A stretch of DNA of 63,148 nt, counting the filler. It is 7 parts of 7 records of this genome, joined end to end, with 100 filler letters (N's around TTAATTAATTAA, not from the genome) between each part and the next. Parts side by side here need not be neighbours in the genome. Positions count along the whole stretch, not along the records: positions 57,340 to 63,148 come from SRR31156797_34231; 6 more parts are not named here. One strand, given 5' to 3'. The notes below the pieces were generated by a model. It made no database searches. It was not told the DNA's origin and saw only the letters and a program-made list of their open reading frames with translations. Below are positions 61,045-63,148 of the stretch, one piece after another; the first letter of the stretch is position 1, and the number at the start of each line of letters is the position of its first letter. The position numbers and the translations under genes are program-made.

Positions 61045-63129
61045 ATGCACCATTTTAAACATTCCTGGCCCTGCATGACAGGGATCATTGTGTTGGCATT
61101 AATGACGGCAGTAACCGCAAATTCAACAGAAATAGAGAGCCAGGCAGGAACCAATGACCTGAAAAAACTCGACACCATGGTGGTGACGGCCCGGGGCAGG
61201 GAGAGCCTTGCCTCCCAGACCCCAGGCGGCGTAGGAATTGTGGACATGGAGGAAATCTCCGCCCTGAATCCCGTCAGCCTCACCAACGCGGCCACCCGCA
61301 TTCCCGGGGTGGACAAATCCTCGGATTCCCTGTGGGGATCCGCCATCAACATCCGGGGCCTGGGCCGGAACAGCGTGGTGTTCCTGGTTGACGGATGCCG
61401 GGTCAACACGGCCACGGACATCAACGCCCAGTTCGGCACCATTAATCCCCTGGATATCCGGCAGATCGAGGTGCTCAAGGGTCCCATCACCGCGCTCCAC
61501 GGCTCGGGGTCCCTGGGCGGGGTGGTCAACGTGATCACCCAAAAGGGGCGATTCACCCCAAGCCCCGTCTGGGAAGGGGAGATCACCACCGGGATCGCCT
61601 CCAATCCCAAGGGGATCGACACCCATGGCCGGGCCACTTACAACAGCCGGGATTTCTGGATATCGGCATCCGCCGGGTACCGGGACCGCAACAGCTATGA
61701 GGCCGGCAACGACAAGGATATCCATAACAGCCAGTACCGGGATTTCTCCTTCAACACCGCCCTGGGCGCAAAGATCAACCCCATCAACACCACCCAGGTC
61801 CAGGTCCAGCACTTTGAGGGGGACGAGATCGGCATTCCCGGAAAGGGCCTGTCCCTGCCAACGGGACCGGATGTGACCTATCCCGAAACCAGCCGCACCC
61901 TGGTCAACCTCACCCATACCCTGACCCCGGACACCCCCCTGATCCCGGAATCCAGGGTCAACCTCTTTTACCAGAAGATCGAGCGCCGGGTTCGCCTGGA
62001 CAATTTCCCGGGTGGGCCCATGGCCGAAATCCGGCCCCAGGCCGACCATGAGACCTGGGGGCTGAAGTGGCAGACCATCTTCCAGCCCCGGGACCACCGG
62101 ATCGTTGCTGGGGTGGACCTCTGGAACTGGGAGATCTCAAACTCCCACCGGTATAAGGAGTTCGCAAACGGCCGTGTGGGGGTGGACGCCTCCCTGGGCG
62201 ATGTGGAGCAATTTTCAGGGGGAATGTTTGCCGAAGATGAGTGGCGGCTTACCGACACCATCAGCCTGAACCTGGGCGGACGCCTGGACGCCATCCGGGC
62301 GGAGAGCGACGACCTCTACAACTGGATCACCCCGCCCGCGCCCACCATGCCCGTAACGTTGAAACAGGCGGGCGAAGACTACAGTGACACCAGCTGGAAC
62401 GCCCATGCCGGCATCACCTGGGGCTTCATGCCCGACTGGACCATGACCTTTATTACGGCCTCCAGCTACAGGGCCCCGGACCTCATGGACCGGTTCAAAT
62501 ACATCAACCTGGGCGGCGGCGTGGAACTGTTCGGCAACCCCGATCTCGATCCCGAGCGCTCCCTGTTTTTCGAATACGGTTTCCACTACACCGACACGGA
62601 CCTGCGGTTTTCCGCCAGCGCCTATCTCAACTGCCTGGACGACCTCATCACGGAAACCATTGTGAGCGCCACCGAGCATCGCATGATGAATGTGGACGAG
62701 GCCCGGATCTATGGGGGAGAGATCGAAGCGGAGTATTTTATCACCCCCCGTCTCTCCACCCTGGCCTATGTGGCCTACACCCACGGCGACAACACCAAGA
62801 CTGACGAGCCCCTGCCCTTCATCGCCCCCCTGAACGGCCTTTTCGGCATCCGTTACGACACTGCCACCGGCTTCTGGACCAGCCTGGAACTCGAGTGGGC
62901 CGCGGACCAGGACAGAACGCCCCGGGGCGCTCTGGAAAGCGATGGCTGGGACCGGCTCAATTTCCGCATGGGGCACCGGTTTACCCTCTGGGGAAAACGC
63001 CAGGAGCTGATGGTCGGCATCGACAACTTCTTTGACGAAGAGATCACCAACCATCTCTCCACCTCCCGGGGCATGGAGTTAATGGAGCCAGGCGTCAATT
63101 ATCTTTGTGTTTGGAAAATAAAACTGTAA
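61045..63129 (+). CDS. TonB-dependent receptor
   Basis: TonB box DTMVVTA, NIRG, IEVLKGP..GSGSLGGVVN, GNPDLDPE, IDNFFD. Confidence 0.95.
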   Translation: MHHFKHSWPCMTGIIVLALMTAVTANSTEIESQAGTNDLKKLDTMVVTARGRESLASQTPGGVGIVDMEEISALNPVSLTNAATRIPGVDKSSDSLWGSAINIRGLGRNSVVFLVDGCRVNTATDINAQFGTINPLDIRQIEVLKGPITALHGSGSLGGVVNVITQKGRFTPSPVWEGEITTGIASNPKGIDTHGRATYNSRDFWISASAGYRDRNSYEAGNDKDIHNSQYRDFSFNTALGAKINPINTTQVQVQHFEGDEIGIPGKGLSLPTGPDVTYPETSRTLVNLTHTLTPDTPLIPESRVNLFYQKIERRVRLDNFPGGPMAEIRPQADHETWGLKWQTIFQPRDHRIVAGVDLWNWEISNSHRYKEFANGRVGVDASLGDVEQFSGGMFAEDEWRLTDTISLNLGGRLDAIRAESDDLYNWITPPAPTMPVTLKQAGEDYSDTSWNAHAGITWGFMPDWTMTFITASSYRAPDLMDRFKYINLGGGVELFGNPDLDPERSLFFEYGFHYTDTDLRFSASAYLNCLDDLITETIVSATEHRMMNVDEARIYGGEIEAEYFITPRLSTLAYVAYTHGDNTKTDEPLPFIAPLNGLFGIRYDTATGFWTSLELEWAADQDRTPRGALESDGWDRLNFRMGHRFTLWGKRQELMVGIDNFFDEEITNHLSTSRGMELMEPGVNYLCVWKIKL

Positions 63130-63148
63130 CCGGTAAGATAGCCAAGAC

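Overview
This window is not one locus. It is seven unrelated contigs joined by artificial 100-nt spacers (N44-TTAATTAATTAA-N44). Taxonomy below is inferred from gene content and base composition only. C1 (1-9717, Desulfobacterota-like): paraoxonase-like, cinA, trmJ, lipid kinase, yhhQ, Cys-less thiolase, pseudocaspase-CHAT fusion. C2 (9818-16191, GC-rich, spirochaete-like): GH38, TPR, hisZGB, LysM amidase. C3 (16292-34427, AT-rich Bacteroidota): lysC-lysA, manA, engB, prs-rplY-pth-hslR, an accessory patch, an ECF sigma/T9SS module, M16 peptidase. C4 (34528-40659, Bacteroidota): cDPG synthetase-like, Mut7-C, BamA-like, GH130, pabBC. C5 (40760-50776, Desulfobacterota-like): phaR/phasin, two pseudogenes, an uncharacterised five-gene envelope operon. 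C6 (50877-57239): MarR-nitroreductase-FeS-DsrE, iolD, epimerase. C7 (57340-63148): MFS-YcaO-TonB receptor. The most striking unexplained signal is in C3: a non-coding array of 13 ACCT(A) motifs at a 21-nt period with unique sequence between them (24862-25135). It lies just beyond the terminator of an uncharacterised 232-aa helical protein (25229-25927, minus strand), making a candidate undescribed protein-plus-array system. No rRNA, tRNA, canonical CRISPR array or intact transposase was seen.
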